From Perna viridis (taxonomy: Eukaryota), in NCBI GenBank assembly GCA_037379345.1, contig CM074520.1, positions 16,657,488 to 16,721,487 on the forward strand: a stretch of 64,000 bases of DNA. The letters run 5' to 3'. The translations under genes and the position numbers were made by a program. This document shows, piece by piece, positions 39,310-52,301 of the stretch (within the stretch, counting starts at the first letter, position 1; each line of letters starts with the position of its first letter). The notes under the pieces are model-generated. The model saw nothing but the letters and a program-made list of their open reading frames with translations, was not told the origin of the DNA and made no database searches.

Positions 39310-41103
39310 TGTTTACTGAGGAAGGCTTAAATGTAGTCGTCACAATTTAATCTCTTGCATGTAATTACTATAGTTTATGTTTAATCATTGTACACTGTTC
39401 GCTGTGCACTCTGACTTTAAAAAATGCAGTGAAATTAAAAGTTGATATACTCAACTGTGTGTGTGTGTGTTTCTATTTCCGGAATAGCTGACGCATATTT
39501 AAACAATATCTTTCCAAGAGGCAGATTGTAACTGGATGTAAATACAGGTCTTTGAATTACACGATGTATTATGTACAAAAAGGTGTTTATAAAACGGAGA
39601 GAAATTTTCTAATCCATTTAATTTTAATTAGTTTAGTTTAGTGAGTTGCATACAGGAAACACGGGGTTAACTTAAGATGCGGGCGTTAGGCAAATTTCAT
39701 ATACGAGATTTCTACTAAACTGACAAGCGAACGGATGTACCGATAGGGATAGCCTGTTTTGTCATGTGTTGATGATTAGAATTACAGTTAGAAATATTGC
39801 ACAAATTAGGGTTTAACTGTTTCCTATCGTCTTGAAAGGCCTTAGCCTTTTATTCAATCGAGTTATATAATTCATACGTACCTTTTGTTCGGTTACGAAG
39901 GTAAACAAATCCTTGGGACAATGAAAGGGGAGAAAACTTTTGATTGTTAATTTGTCGCCAATTATTTTTTCAGCTTTATTTGCTTTTCTTAAGTTCGTCA
40001 ATACTTCTTACATATTATGATATTACCAGAATGAAAAAAAAAAAAAACTTTAAGTATTTTGAACTTGTAAAATGTAAACTAACTTTGCAAAGTATTTGCA
40101 AAAGCTACACATCATAAAAACACCTCTTGAAGGCAATGTGTGAAAACATATTAAAATGTATGGATGTTATTTCGATATCATCACAGTTAATTATTTCCAG
40201 CACATATTTGTCAGTAGCATTACTTCTCATGCCTTTGACTTTATGTGGCAGTGTGGATTCTGCACATGATCATAAAATATATCCCGTACCTCATATTAAC
40301 GATTAATTCCAATAATTAAATACAAAACCTTATAAGATATGGCATTTACCCAACTCTTCCTTTCAATACTTTAAGGTAAAGAAAATAGTATAAGTATATA
40401 AAACGCAGACAAATCTGTAAACATGCGGACGATATTGGGGTTGATTATTCGAGCGCTCTAGACTATAACTGAAAAAAAAATTATCTATTCTAAAAAAATG
40501 TACCTTTTATAATAATTTATACCTATTGGGCATGGGCGGAGCCGGTGGTGCCGGGGTTTGGAACCCCGTTTGTTATAAAATTTTGCTAATTTCATGCAAA
40601 ATTAGGACAAAGAAGGCTCTCTCGGACCTAATATATATAATAGCCTGGGCCCCCTTTTTACAATCTCTGGATGTTCCTCCGCTGTCGCATTAATCTGCTT
40701 ATCGGAAGTACTGCACAAAATGTGATATATGTATTAAATATTCAAACACTGGTTGCATTTTTGAGATCTCCAGTGAAGATATGGGAACAGATATAAAAGG
40801 TTCAATGATTAATTAAAAATCATTTCTCCCTTCACATTAGATTCTATAAGGGCGAGTTTCGTCATATTAGTGGAAAACTCTAAAAGGAGTGGATTTTCAC
40901 TCTTTCGGGACACTAGTTTTGGGTCAATTTTTTTCCTTGATATTTTGGGTTAGAAATAACATATTTCTCGTAAACATTTGGGTCTTTCAGAAATTTTGTC
41001 TCGAGGATTGAAATTATTTTAATATTAGACAGACTTCTTTAATAAATGTCACAAATATTATAGAGATGAAGGAATTAGGCACTAATCTATTATATGTTTT
41101 TGG

Positions 41104-41610
41104 CCCCGTGCAGGTCCGGGTGTTAAAAGAATAGGCCTGCAGCAGCGCTAAGCTTGTCGTAAAAGGCGACTAAATAGTGCTCAGAAACCTAGCCGGGGGC
41201 TAGGCGCTCTGCCCACAGAGCAACTGGGATGTGTGCCCCAGGTGGTGGAATGGGGTACCCCTGGCATGTTACATGCTGGGGTTGTCAGGCTATAATACGG
41301 AAAACCTGACCACAAACCATAGTGGTGCACCGTGTTGGGAAAGATGCCACGTTCCTCGCACGTTAAAGAACCCTGCTGTGGTATTCGATAGGAGTAGGAA
41401 CCTTTGCGCTCCGCCACAGGAGGCTAAATTGCCCGACCTTACCCACCCCCCTTTTTCCAGTGGCAATCAAAATTTGTCGACCCTATTATCCTTGAGACCC
41501 ATCCTTTTTTTTTCATTTCATGTTCATTTTGTCATCCATTTCATGTTCATCGTCTGAATATAGCTGAAATATTGCTGCTCGGACGTTAAACCCCAACAAA
41601 CAAACAAAAC
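41104..41610 (+). mobile_element. Complete SINE (507 bp) with 15-bp TSD, structured non-tRNA head, Deu/Nin-like central domain and (CAAA)n tail
   Basis: attatatgtttttgg occurs at 41089-41103 and 41611-41625. The central cacgttaaagaaccc...tattcgataggagtagg resembles the Deu/Nin SINE domain (from memory). The tail is aacaaacaaacaaaac. Confidence 0.8.
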
Positions 41611-41639
41611 ATTATATGTTTTTGGATAATTTCGGGTCA

Positions 41640-42360
41640 AATATTTCAATTCCGTAGACGCCGACCATCTTTTTTTCAAAAATTTACAAACTTACCATAT
41701 TCGTCAATTATTAAGAAAATCTTTCTAAAAAAGACTCTACTCCTTTGTGTATAAGCCTAACAGTCAAATTGGTTTCTTACCGGATGTATTCAAACTATTT
41801 GTCAAGTACAACCAAACATATGCCTTTAACGACTATGTTTCCAAGTATACATTCCAGAGTAAAACCGTATGGAAGAACATTCTCAGCCATGCAATACATA
41901 CCTTTGAAACTAGCGAATTGCAATCCCGAATGAACAATGATAATGAGTTTATAAGATTTAAAGAAATCCATAACAAGTATGTCCCCGGATCTGTTTGGAT
42001 TATTCCAAAGACGGCTTCTGAACTACGAGATTCATTCTATGTTTAAAAAATGATTACATGCCCACCACAATAGCAACATAAACTTTGTGCGAAATGTGAC
42101 AATTGGTACCAGGACACAATATATCGCAGTGCTATTGAATGTTCGTACACTGAACCATTACGGGATTCGTTCTGGAACAAAGTAATTGACAATGACCTTA
42201 ATCTGTTTGTTTATCTGGAAAGTGAAATCCTGTTTGAAACAATGATAGGTAAAGTTCTCCCTGATGACCAATTTAGTAATTCCACACAAGAGGAATTTTT
42301 TGGATTGTCATTTCATCTTCTGAGACTCATGAGCATTTCATATCTTTCCGAGTGAATAAT
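41640..42360 (+). mobile_element. Degenerate 3' part of a LINE ORF2 (RTE-X/CR1-like)
   Basis: GFLPDVFKLFVKY...FIRFKEIH followed by a decayed C-x2-C...C zinc-knuckle and LRDSFW, typical of LINE C-termini. Confidence 0.45.
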
Positions 42361-43024
42361 TTTAAAATGTCAATTAGGATAGATTTATATTGAACTGTGC
42401 TTTTTACATTTTTTTTCCTGATACAGTTGCAGTTGCTGTATTGTATATAAAGTTTGTGATTATAATGTATTTTTTTCTTTATCTTTAAACTTATTAATTC
42501 ATTAAATTATTCATTCAACCAGTCTTTATAAACTTTCAAGTCTTGAATATTAAAAAAAAATAATTATAGAGGTCTCTATGAACTTGAGTTATGAACTATA
42601 TGAGTTAAACTTTTATTGCTTTCCTTTAAATGTTTTAAATTTATACTTTTTTTCCCAAAATTTTTATTTTGATTTCAAGATTCAATGAACATAACCTGTT
42701 AAAAGTCTTCATATATTTACTAATATATCTTGCTAGGTCTCAATTTATATATGATGATCCACATGATGACTCTACACTGGTGTGAGTGTGCGTATACATG
42801 AGTGTTTGAGGTTATGTGTACTCGTGTTAAGCGCCTGTGTATGCATGAGTAACTGTGATTATGTGTCTGCAATTGCGTGAGTGATTATGTAGAATGTTTG
42901 TAAGTGTCTCGGTTATGTATGTGCATACTTGTATGTGTGTGTGCGCATGTGTGTGTTTAACCTGTTATATCTCTAATTGCAAATGTTTCCATAACGATAA
43001 TTGGTCTTCATGAACAGTATTCAT

Positions 43025-43096
43025 AATTTTTGGTCGTTCCCTCCGCGGGACTCGAACTCGTACCAGCGAGTCCCGCGGAGGGAACGACCAAAAATT
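43025..43096. repeat. Perfect 30-bp inverted repeat with 12-nt loop
   Basis: aatttttggtcgttccctccgcgggactcg (43025-43054) and cgagtcccgcggagggaacgaccaaaaatt (43067-43096). Confidence 0.95.
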
Positions 43097-43236
43097 TGCC
43101 CATCGCAAATTTGACAGTTCTAACATCATTGGGAATTTTTCAGACATTTCTATACGTTTATTTTACCTCCCCTGTATCAATTTGATCCAATGGAGCTGTG
43201 TAGTGAATAGAGTCATCACATTCTGATACGTTTGTA

Positions 43237-43239
<3 letters not shown>

Positions 43240-43287
<48 letters not shown>
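43240..43287. repeat. (TA)n microsatellite
   Basis: Direct inspection. Confidence 0.95.
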
Positions 43288-43288
<1 letters not shown>

Positions 43289-44169
43289 TTGTCCTGTTTA
43301 GCATTATGAATATTCATGAAATCTCACTTGTCTGTTTTTCAATCTTTAAAAAGTTTTCAAGAACAGTATTTTTCCCAAGAACATTACATATATACTCTCA
43401 CGGCTATTCCCTCCATAATCTTACAGTCGTCATGGACATTTGCATGTATGGTACATGTACATAAATAATTATGCGAGTTGAAACTTGTCACTGATCCATC
43501 TTTTCAAAATATTTTTTTTTATTTGTGTGTGTATGATCATAATATTTTGATTGTATATATGTTGTATACTTACACCATATTTAGTGAATGTAAATCTCTG
43601 TAAAGAGGAAGTAAAAATAATGATGATGATGAGGGGTGGGGGAGGCTGAAAATATTTTGAATTTTTTTAACTAACTCAAAAATACCAGCCACCACGACCC
43701 CCCCCCTCCACGAATAGAAAAATGTCTGTGCTTTACATAATTTTTGTGATTTTACTTCGACTGGATATTTTTAGGTAGGGGTTTGAAATTCAAGGATGCG
43801 ATGCACCGCCGTATTACCCCTCCCCGCCGGAGGGAAGGGTGTTCACTCGTCTTCTCTGTCACGAATGCTATACTGTCATTTTTACTGCATTTGGTGGCAC
43901 GTACAATTTCTTGCTTTCGCATGCACAAAACGTGTCAATTTATTCAGCATGGCATTTTCTCAAGCATTCTTTTTTGTGTTGTGTTGATGGGTAATATTAA
44001 TAACAACGATTTACAAAGGACAAGATTGTCCTACAGTACTACATGTACATGTAAATCGGGATGAGAGAAAAATAAGAATTATATGACAAACATCAATGGT
44101 CAGTTGCTTAGTATTTTTAAAGCTTTGATTAAAAGTTTTGTTATAATACATTTTGTTACGTATGTTAAA

Positions 44170-46380
44170 AAAATTCATAAAGCAAGAAAACGTTATAGCT
44201 TTGTGAAAAACCCTAAAAAGAGACGGAATTTGAGATCAGCAAGTAAGGAATATAAATCATCTCTAAATAAGGCTTACAATGAATACCAACAAAAAGCAGC
44301 TGATGAGTTGCGAAATATTTCTAAAAAAAATACTAAAGAATTATGGAAAATTTTGAATAAATTCGACTGTAGTAAAAAAGACGAAAATGATAACATCACA
44401 TTACAAACTTTGTTTGAACATTTTAAAAATCTTAATGAAAACGAAGACCATAATGAAGTTGAACCGGACTTCGATTTAAATCATGTCGATGATGACGTAG
44501 AAAGGTTTCTTAACAGACAGATAACTGAAGAAGAAATAAAAAAAAAACCATATCAAAGCTAAAAAAACGGTAAAGCGTTCGGAGCTGATGGTATATTGAA
44601 CAAATATATTAAAAAAACTGCTTACCGATTTGATGCCAATATATATCAAAATTTTCAACATTATACTTGACACGGGTATAGTACCTGACAGTTGGTCTAC
44701 CGGAGTTATGATAAATATCTATAAAAATAAAGGTTCGAAATCTGATCCTGAAATGTATTGAGGTATCACATTGAACTCATGTTTTAGTAAGACCTTTTCT
44801 GCTATTTTGAATAATAGGCTTAACGATTATGCAGAGTATGTTGAGTTAATAACCAAATCGCAAGCTGGCTTGCGAAAAGGGTTTTCAACTGTTGATAATA
44901 TTATTGTATTGTATTCTTTAATTACTATTTATTTTTCATTAGGAAAAAGTTATATTGTACTTCCGTTGATTTTAAGTGTGCTTCCGATACTGTGTGGAGA
45001 GCAGGTTTATGGCAAAAAATGCAAAAATATAATATTAAGGGTAAAATATTCAATGTAATATATAGTATGTATCAAAATATAAAAACTTGTGTTAAAAAGT
45101 AAAATAATGTATCAGAATATTGGAGTGAAACAGGGTGAAAATTTCTCTCTCTTTCTGTTTTCATTGTTATCGAACGATTTGGAGTCATATTTTGTAGACA
45201 ATGGCGTACACTCATTATACAGTATTTTGCATATGTGTCAAGGGACTTTAGATATGTATATTAAACTCTTTCTCATTTTATATGCTGAAGATACAACTTT
45301 AATGGCTGAGTCTCCAGATGGACTACACTATGCATTGGATTATTTTAAGACATGTTGCGATATCTGGAAACTTAGAGTAAACACCAATAAGACTAAGGTT
45401 GTTGTTTTCAGTCAGAGAACCAAAATATTGATTTTAAGATGTATGGCCAAAATATTGAAACATTAGATTCATACCTTTATCTTGGAATACTATTCAACTA
45501 TAATGGGACATTTTGTTCAGCGAGAAAAAGCTGATAAAACAAGCACAAAAAACTTTATTTGCTCTCTACAGAAAAATTAGGAATATATGTATACCTAATG
45601 ATTTACAGCTGAAATTGTTTGACTCACTGGTCAGTCCCAATTTACTTTATGCTTCAGAAATATGGGGTTTTGAAAAAAGGATGATATTGAAAAAATCCAC
45701 CTCAAAGTTTGTAAGAAATTTCTGAAAGTCAGGACCTCTACGCATAATTATGGTTTATGGTGAATTAGGAAGGTTTTCTATGGAAGCAATAATAATACGT
45801 AAAATGGTGTTATTTTGGAACAATTTGTTACTTGATAACAATAAGTTTTCTTTTATAATGTATAAGCTTATGCTCAAATTACATGAAAAAATCCTTCACA
45901 CTATAAATGGATATTTTACATCAAGTCAATATTTGATGATGGCGGACTGAGTTTTATATGGAACAACCAGGTACCAATGAATAAAAAAAAATGTTAAAAA
46001 GTTTAATATGTAGACAATTAAATGATCATTTCATCCAACGAAGGTTTTCTCAAATGAACAATTCTTTCTGGGAACTATTTTATTCTGAGTTTAAGGTAAA
46101 ATTTGGATTGGAAAAATATTAACTGAGGCTTAACTCCTATTACAGGGTAAACGTAGCCAAGTTTAGATGTTCCAATATAAAGTTTCCTATAGAAACGGGG
46201 AGTGCGGTTCCAAAGGAGGAGATAATTTGTAATCTCTGTGGGGAAAGGATAGGAGATGAATTCCATTATCTGTCTATATGTCAAAAGGAAAAAGTGAAAA
46301 CCAAAGTTTATACCTAGGTATTATACTTTAAACCCGACAGAATACTAACTGAAAGGAATGTTAATGTCTTTTTGTATATT
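44170..46380 (+). mobile_element. 5'-truncated, frameshifted LINE (RTE-X/CR1-like) RT region
   Basis: Motifs LFEHFKNLN, ITEEEI, GIVPDSW, GITLNSCFSKTF, QAGLRKGFSTVDNI, GVKQGENFS, ILYAEDT, WKLRVNTNKTKVVVF, LLYASEIWG and VYGELGR, plus a C-terminal C..C...GDEFHYL..C. Confidence 0.85.
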
Positions 46381-47659
46381 TAAAGGAGACATTACACAAA
46401 AATATCAATTTTTAAACGTTTATAATTATAAAAACTATAATATGTTTACTAGATATGAGTATAACCAACGTTTTAGGATATTGCTAAATAAAGTTAGAAT
46501 GATTTATTTGTGTTATCACAACGACCTAATTAATATGCATCAATGAAAACCGGAAGTAACACCCACTTACCATATATGGAAGTGCTACGTCATTGGTTCT
46601 CTATCTCCATTTGGATGCATTGAAAATGTATGCACGTGCCCGAAAAAATTAATAAATCTTCAAAAATATCTTGTAGATATAGTGCAGAGTGACCCAATGA
46701 TCTGTGTATGAGTGCGATAATCGTGTTAAGAAAGTACGAAGACACTATTTCTAGTGTTTTCTGTCAGCTTTTCATTTTTGTTAGACATACATTCCTTCCC
46801 GCGTGGCAAAAACACAACTACTTTGCACACTATTTTAAGGACTTGAACAGGAGTGTGCAAATCAATAGTGACTGTCTGTGTATCGTCCTTTTTTTTTGCT
46901 GCTGGGTAATAAGCCCGGTAGACTTAATTATGGCCAAGAGAAAGCTTTTTTTTCTAAAATAAATATCCCAGCGCCCTCCCTCTAACCCCCACACCCCTTT
47001 CCCCCGAGGTCTACAATCAACACAAGAATTTAAGCACGCATTGGCGTATACAAAACGCGATACAATAAATGGGAATCACCTTGTCCTTTCATCATTCCGT
47101 CCGTTCGAATTTTGTCACAGTTGTCCCAGTTCCTGCTGAGGTAAATAAACAGACGGAATTGAAGTATATTGTTTCGTATACAAAAGTAAAAGTTAAAAGT
47201 TGTGGAAATGTTGATCATGGGTAATAAAGCATTCGAACACAGATATATTCAATACTATACAGGTTAGAGAAGTTTATTAAATGCATGTTGTAAGTTATCC
47301 GGAAAGATTCGGGGTTCCATCAGATAGTTCTTTCATCTGTACCATCCTGCTTATTCCCAAAAATGCTTATTTCGCATGAACTTTAAGAAAAAAATAAGAA
47401 GTAATAAGCACAGAAGTTACAGTTATTTATTATTATTATTATTTTAAATGCCATGTCTGCTACCTCTTCCTGGCAGTTTTAAAGTACCAGGTATTTAGAA
47501 CACCTACCTTTTTGGCAATTAAGGTACCCAAAGTTTGTCATGTGGAAACTGATTTTTTTTCATTATGTTAGCATAGTTACAGACAATCGACTGATTTATC
47601 ATTAGACATTTGTTCATTTTGCTTTTATTTGTTGAAAAAAAAAATAGAATGTGTCCACT

Positions 47660-48910
47660 TTTTAGCTCACCTGAAAAGTGAGCTATTACTATTTATTGGC
47701 GCCCTTCGTCCGTTTGTCTCTTTGTCCGTCGACTTTTTAAAAAAATTCTGCTACGAAACAACTTGGTTAAACGAAACCAAACTTGGCCACAATCATTCTT
47801 AGGGTATCTAGTTATCAATTATTTTCGATATCCCTGCCGCTCGTAAACCTGGCGCCAGGGCTAAAACAAAACATTGGGATAAAATGCAGATATTGACTAA
47901 TATCTTGAAAATCTCACAAGGACAGAAGTGCTCAAAATGACAAGATTTACATAAGTTACATTGAGGTCAAAATTGTCTGACAACTCTCTATATATAGGAG
48001 TTATAATTGCCCATAGATGACGACTTTTGGTAGTAAATTTTATAGTTTTTGACTATTATCTTAGAAAATGATAGACGGACAAAAACATTCAATAAATTGC
48101 AAAAAATGATAAAAGGTCTACACAAATCGCCTCCTCTGCTACCTGTTCCAAATGGAACCAAACTTGGTCACGATCATTCTTATGGTATCTAGTTTGAAAA
48201 ATATGTCCTATGTCCTTGTCGGTGAACAAACAAGGCAACCAGGACTAAAAAACAAAGGGGTAAAATTCAAATATACTAGACATATTCTAATAACCATTGC
48301 AGACAAAATCTGCAAGGACAAAATGTCCAGAACAACAAGATGCAACAGTAACATTTATGTCAAAATTATCAGGTGACTCTGTGTAGGTGTTATTGCACAT
48401 AAAAAACAATTTTTGGCTAATCTTAACGATTTTGACTATTGTCTCATTTATTGTAATTGATAGATAAAAGTTTAAAATTATAAAAATGACCAGCAAAAGA
48501 TGGTCTACAAAAAAATTGATAACACAAAAATTATCAGAGAATTCAGCAAAGGTATTGCCCCTTAATGTTGTTTTTTTGGACAGATGTTAGTGTGTTTAAC
48601 AAATACCTTTACTTTGAAAGTTCTGCGGAACAAAATTTGTCCATTTTACAACAATCTTCTGTGAAACTTCTTGGCCAAAAGGAACCAAACTTGGCCAAAA
48701 TTATCCCGGGAATATCTCGTTTGAAAATCTTGGCCACTAGGCTAAACATAGATCATCGGGGTAAAATGCAGATGTTGACTAATGCCTTGAAAACATTCCA
48801 AATAAAGAAAATCTGACTGAGGCAAAAATATTCAGAATTATTCAGACTGACAAATTTTTACATTTCATTCAGTACTGTCGGATGCCTGTATGGGAGTAAG
48901 TGCCCATAAA
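47660..48910 (+). mobile_element. HINE-like element with internal repeats
   Basis: Head tttagctcacctg...gtgagcta and (cgtc)n remnants. The unit accaaacttgg.ca recurs at ~47777, 48156 and 48685. Confidence 0.55.
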
Positions 48911-50224
48911 TAATGATTTGTTTGGGTAAATATTTAATGACCAGATATACATAGGGTAAAACTTTCAATTGTAAAAGTATTTTGCAATGGAAGCTGTACC
49001 AAAATGAATTAAATGAAAAGATGAGTTGTTTCTAGAGTTTCTTTCCTGATGGTAGTTCAGGAGTACACCTCCATTTTGGATTAGTGCGTATATATTTTAA
49101 ATCTTTGTTGTGTTTTGATAATCTATTCTGCAAATTTCTATTTAGATGTCATTTAAAGTTTAATTGTAACTATGAACACAAAGATTTTTATAGCTATCTA
49201 TCAATTCAAACAATATGTTTTATTTGTAAGGATAGAAAAAGCTTTGACATAATCCTATATAAACTTCCATTTCATAAGGGTATATAATTGAAAAATAAAC
49301 TGTATAAAGAAAAATCACATTTTCCAAAATATTGAGAAAAAAGTCCGTCACCCTTTTTTTCTTGTTTTATGGAAGCGGTATATAAAAACAAGTTACTGTA
49401 GAATATCATTTAGGATATGGAGTATCAAATCATGAGGCAAAATTCCTACATATGCTTTACAAAACAAAAGCAAAGGAACAACGCTTTGATTGCTGTTCTT
49501 CAACTTAAGTCACAGTAAGGCCCTCAACGCGGGGCAAAAGCTCGTACCCGACTGGCAGTTAAAGACGGCCCCTACAACGGGTTTGAGCGGAATTCTTAAC
49601 CAGATGTCAATTAAGCTACATTTGTGCATTGAAGAACACATGAGGGGTAATATCAACAAATTTCATCATATATCAGGCAACGAAATCAGACAAAATCTGT
49701 CATACTTTGCCCGAGAAAAGAATTAGAAAATATCTCAACTTTACAAACATTAAGACGATCACAAGTCTCATCAAGATATTTGTTTGAAAACTTGGCAGTG
49801 GATACTGTATGAAAAGGGCAATTCTTATACAAATGGACTGCACCGAAAAGTTGATAAACATGACCAAAAAGATGACAGTGAAGTAGTACACATGTGCGAA
49901 GTTTTCTCATGAACAGACACTTCGTAACTGAAAAATTAAAGAGCATACACGTCAAGGCAAGCACTGGAAACTTTCGACGGTTTACACACACCACGAGAGA
50001 CAAACTATGTCAAAGTGATGGAACAAATGGATATGGAGTATCGATTCATGACAAAAAAGATATGGAGGGAGTGTCAAAGAGACAGTAGCACACCCCCATG
50101 ACAATCGATGCTAAAATTAAGTCTAGAGGCTCCGATAAGGTCTTCAACAAGAGTAGAATACCACTTCTTGTGGTGAGCTGTAAATTGCCCCAAACAAAAC
50201 TCAAATATATCTTTACATGCAAAA

Positions 50225-51050
50225 ATAAATGTATAGCAAACTCTTATTGGAATGCAAATTCGTGCAATTATATCTGTTGCCCCCTTACGAAGGGGGCTGT
50301 AGGATTTATAACAAACTTTATCACAGAGAAGAATACGTAGAAGACTTTTTACTTTTTTTTAAATTTTGGTACATGTAATATATTTCGTGCCTATGTTCTA
50401 AAGCTTTGCTTGCTGAAGGTTTCTGAAATGCAAACAAAATACAATGTATGAGGCTATGGTTCATAACGTTGTAAAGAATCATTTATTGAACGTTATTTTG
50501 AATAGAATTTAAACATCAAACGTCACCTCAAAGATACACACTGAAAACACAGATTGCTAAAAACGGTGACTATATTATGGATATTATACTTTCTTCAAGA
50601 AAAAAAGGATCAAAAATCATTTTCACAATATCAAGTTAGACCCATGTATCGTCTTACATGTGATAGATCCCTAAAAATTCAATACGGTGGTGAGTATTAA
50701 ATTATCCATTTGCAGCAATACAAAATAGTCTATTGTCTTTACGATGTGACAAAAAATATAATATAATCCTTTAACAGTCTATATTTTAAAAGAAAATCAG
50801 GCACGAATTCATAGGGTGGACCTAGCGTTCGTCCCCAACCCAGCCCCTTAATTTTTTATTTTGCATAGCTCAATTCAACTTTGAAATAAAACAAATATTC
50901 CATATACAGTAATTTATTTGTAAATTTTACAATTATATTTATAACTCACATATATGATCGTCTTTAGCTGGTTAAGACCCTCAATGTTATGTTGAGCCTT
51001 TACACCTTACACAATTTTAACCACCTTTCATATGAAAATCATCGTCTATA
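50225..51050 (-). pseudogene. Inverted relic duplicate of the Cys-rich peptide gene (part of intron, acceptor, ELSYA codons, downstream flank; mature peptide deleted)
   Basis: The reverse complement matches 52845-53033, 53410-53487 and 55335-55785. Confidence 0.8.
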
Positions 51051-51093
51051 TATTCAATCACTATCACACCAGTAGTCAAGGCCAGAACTACAG

Positions 51094-51985
51094 ACTTGCT
51101 TGACTTAGTCCTCTTCACTTCTTGTGCAGGGCTACTACAGTTGCTCTACATCTCACTCTGTTTTGGGCCGTTGTTTTAGCTTCACCCAATCATCTCCAGT
51201 TCCTTCAGCCTTGTTCTTTTCCAGCTGTGAAGAGGTCTTCCTTGCTTCATTTGTCCTCAAGGATTCCAGTGAAGCGCTTCTCTAGTAATGCTGGTATACG
51301 GATTTCGCCATGTGTGGCCAATCCATTGCCATGCCCTTCTTTTAATGTGGGTATCTGCTGGATCTTGGTTGGTATGATCCAGAAGTTGTTCATTCGTAAT
51401 TTTTCTTGGCCACTACATTTTACAAATATGTCTGAGGCATTTGCTGATAAATACCTGGATTATATGTTGAAGTTCAGCTGTTAGTCTCCAGGTTTCACAC
51501 TAATAGAAAAGGACAGATTTTACATTGGTGTTGAATATTCTGACCTTGGCGTTTTCACTAAGTAAGTTTGATTTCCAAACTGGTTTTAACATGGCGAAGG
51601 CTTGACAGGCTTTGCATATTCTGGCATTTATGTCTTCATCTGTGTCACCGGTCTTACTAATGACACTTCCTAGATATGTAAACTGTTCAACATCTTCCAG
51701 TTTGTCCCCTCCAATTGTCACTGACCCTCCTTTTCCTGTTTGAACTTTCATAATCTTCGTTTTTCTGTTGTTAATTTTAAGTCTTATTTTCTTTCCGATG
51801 TCATTCATCCTTTTGGTTTTGTCTCGGATGTCTTAAATCTGGTGAGACAGTTGGGCGAGATCATCAGCAAAATCTAGATCTTCTAACTTCCTCGTCATAG
51901 TCCACTGAATTCCTCTTGGTTTGTCAAATGCCTGCTTTGTTATCCAGTCAATCACCAGTAAGAATAGGATTGGTGGCAGTAAATG
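51094..51985 (-). mobile_element. 5'-truncated RTE-clade LINE
   Basis: PILFLLVIDWI...RGIQW...LEDLDFADDLA, LKINNRKTKIM, VEQFTYLGS and RIFNTNVKSVLFY, with a short repeat tail aagtcaagcaagt. Confidence 0.85.
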
Positions 51986-52301
51986 AGGAGTTAAGGAGTG
52001 TGTGAAATAGAAAAAAAAAACAGTCGCAACATCGATTCATCAAGTCTTTGAAAGAGGAACATATTTTGTCAATAAGCAATTATTACGAAATAATGCTATA
52101 CATATATATAGCCAGGTTGTGTAATAATCGCTTCCTGACTCTAGTTTTTGTTTTAAATATTTTAACTGATCTTGAAATTTAGCTGAAAAAAATATATTTA
52201 ATTGATTGGCCGTCTTCCATATATACAACATGTATACATAGAGTATTTTGTATTGCGCATATTTAATGGCAAGAAACTTGTTATTTATGTTCCATGCTTC
52301 C

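Noticed and set aside
43040-43070. tRNA gene
   Set aside because: Only a B-box-like motif is present, with no A box or cloverleaf.
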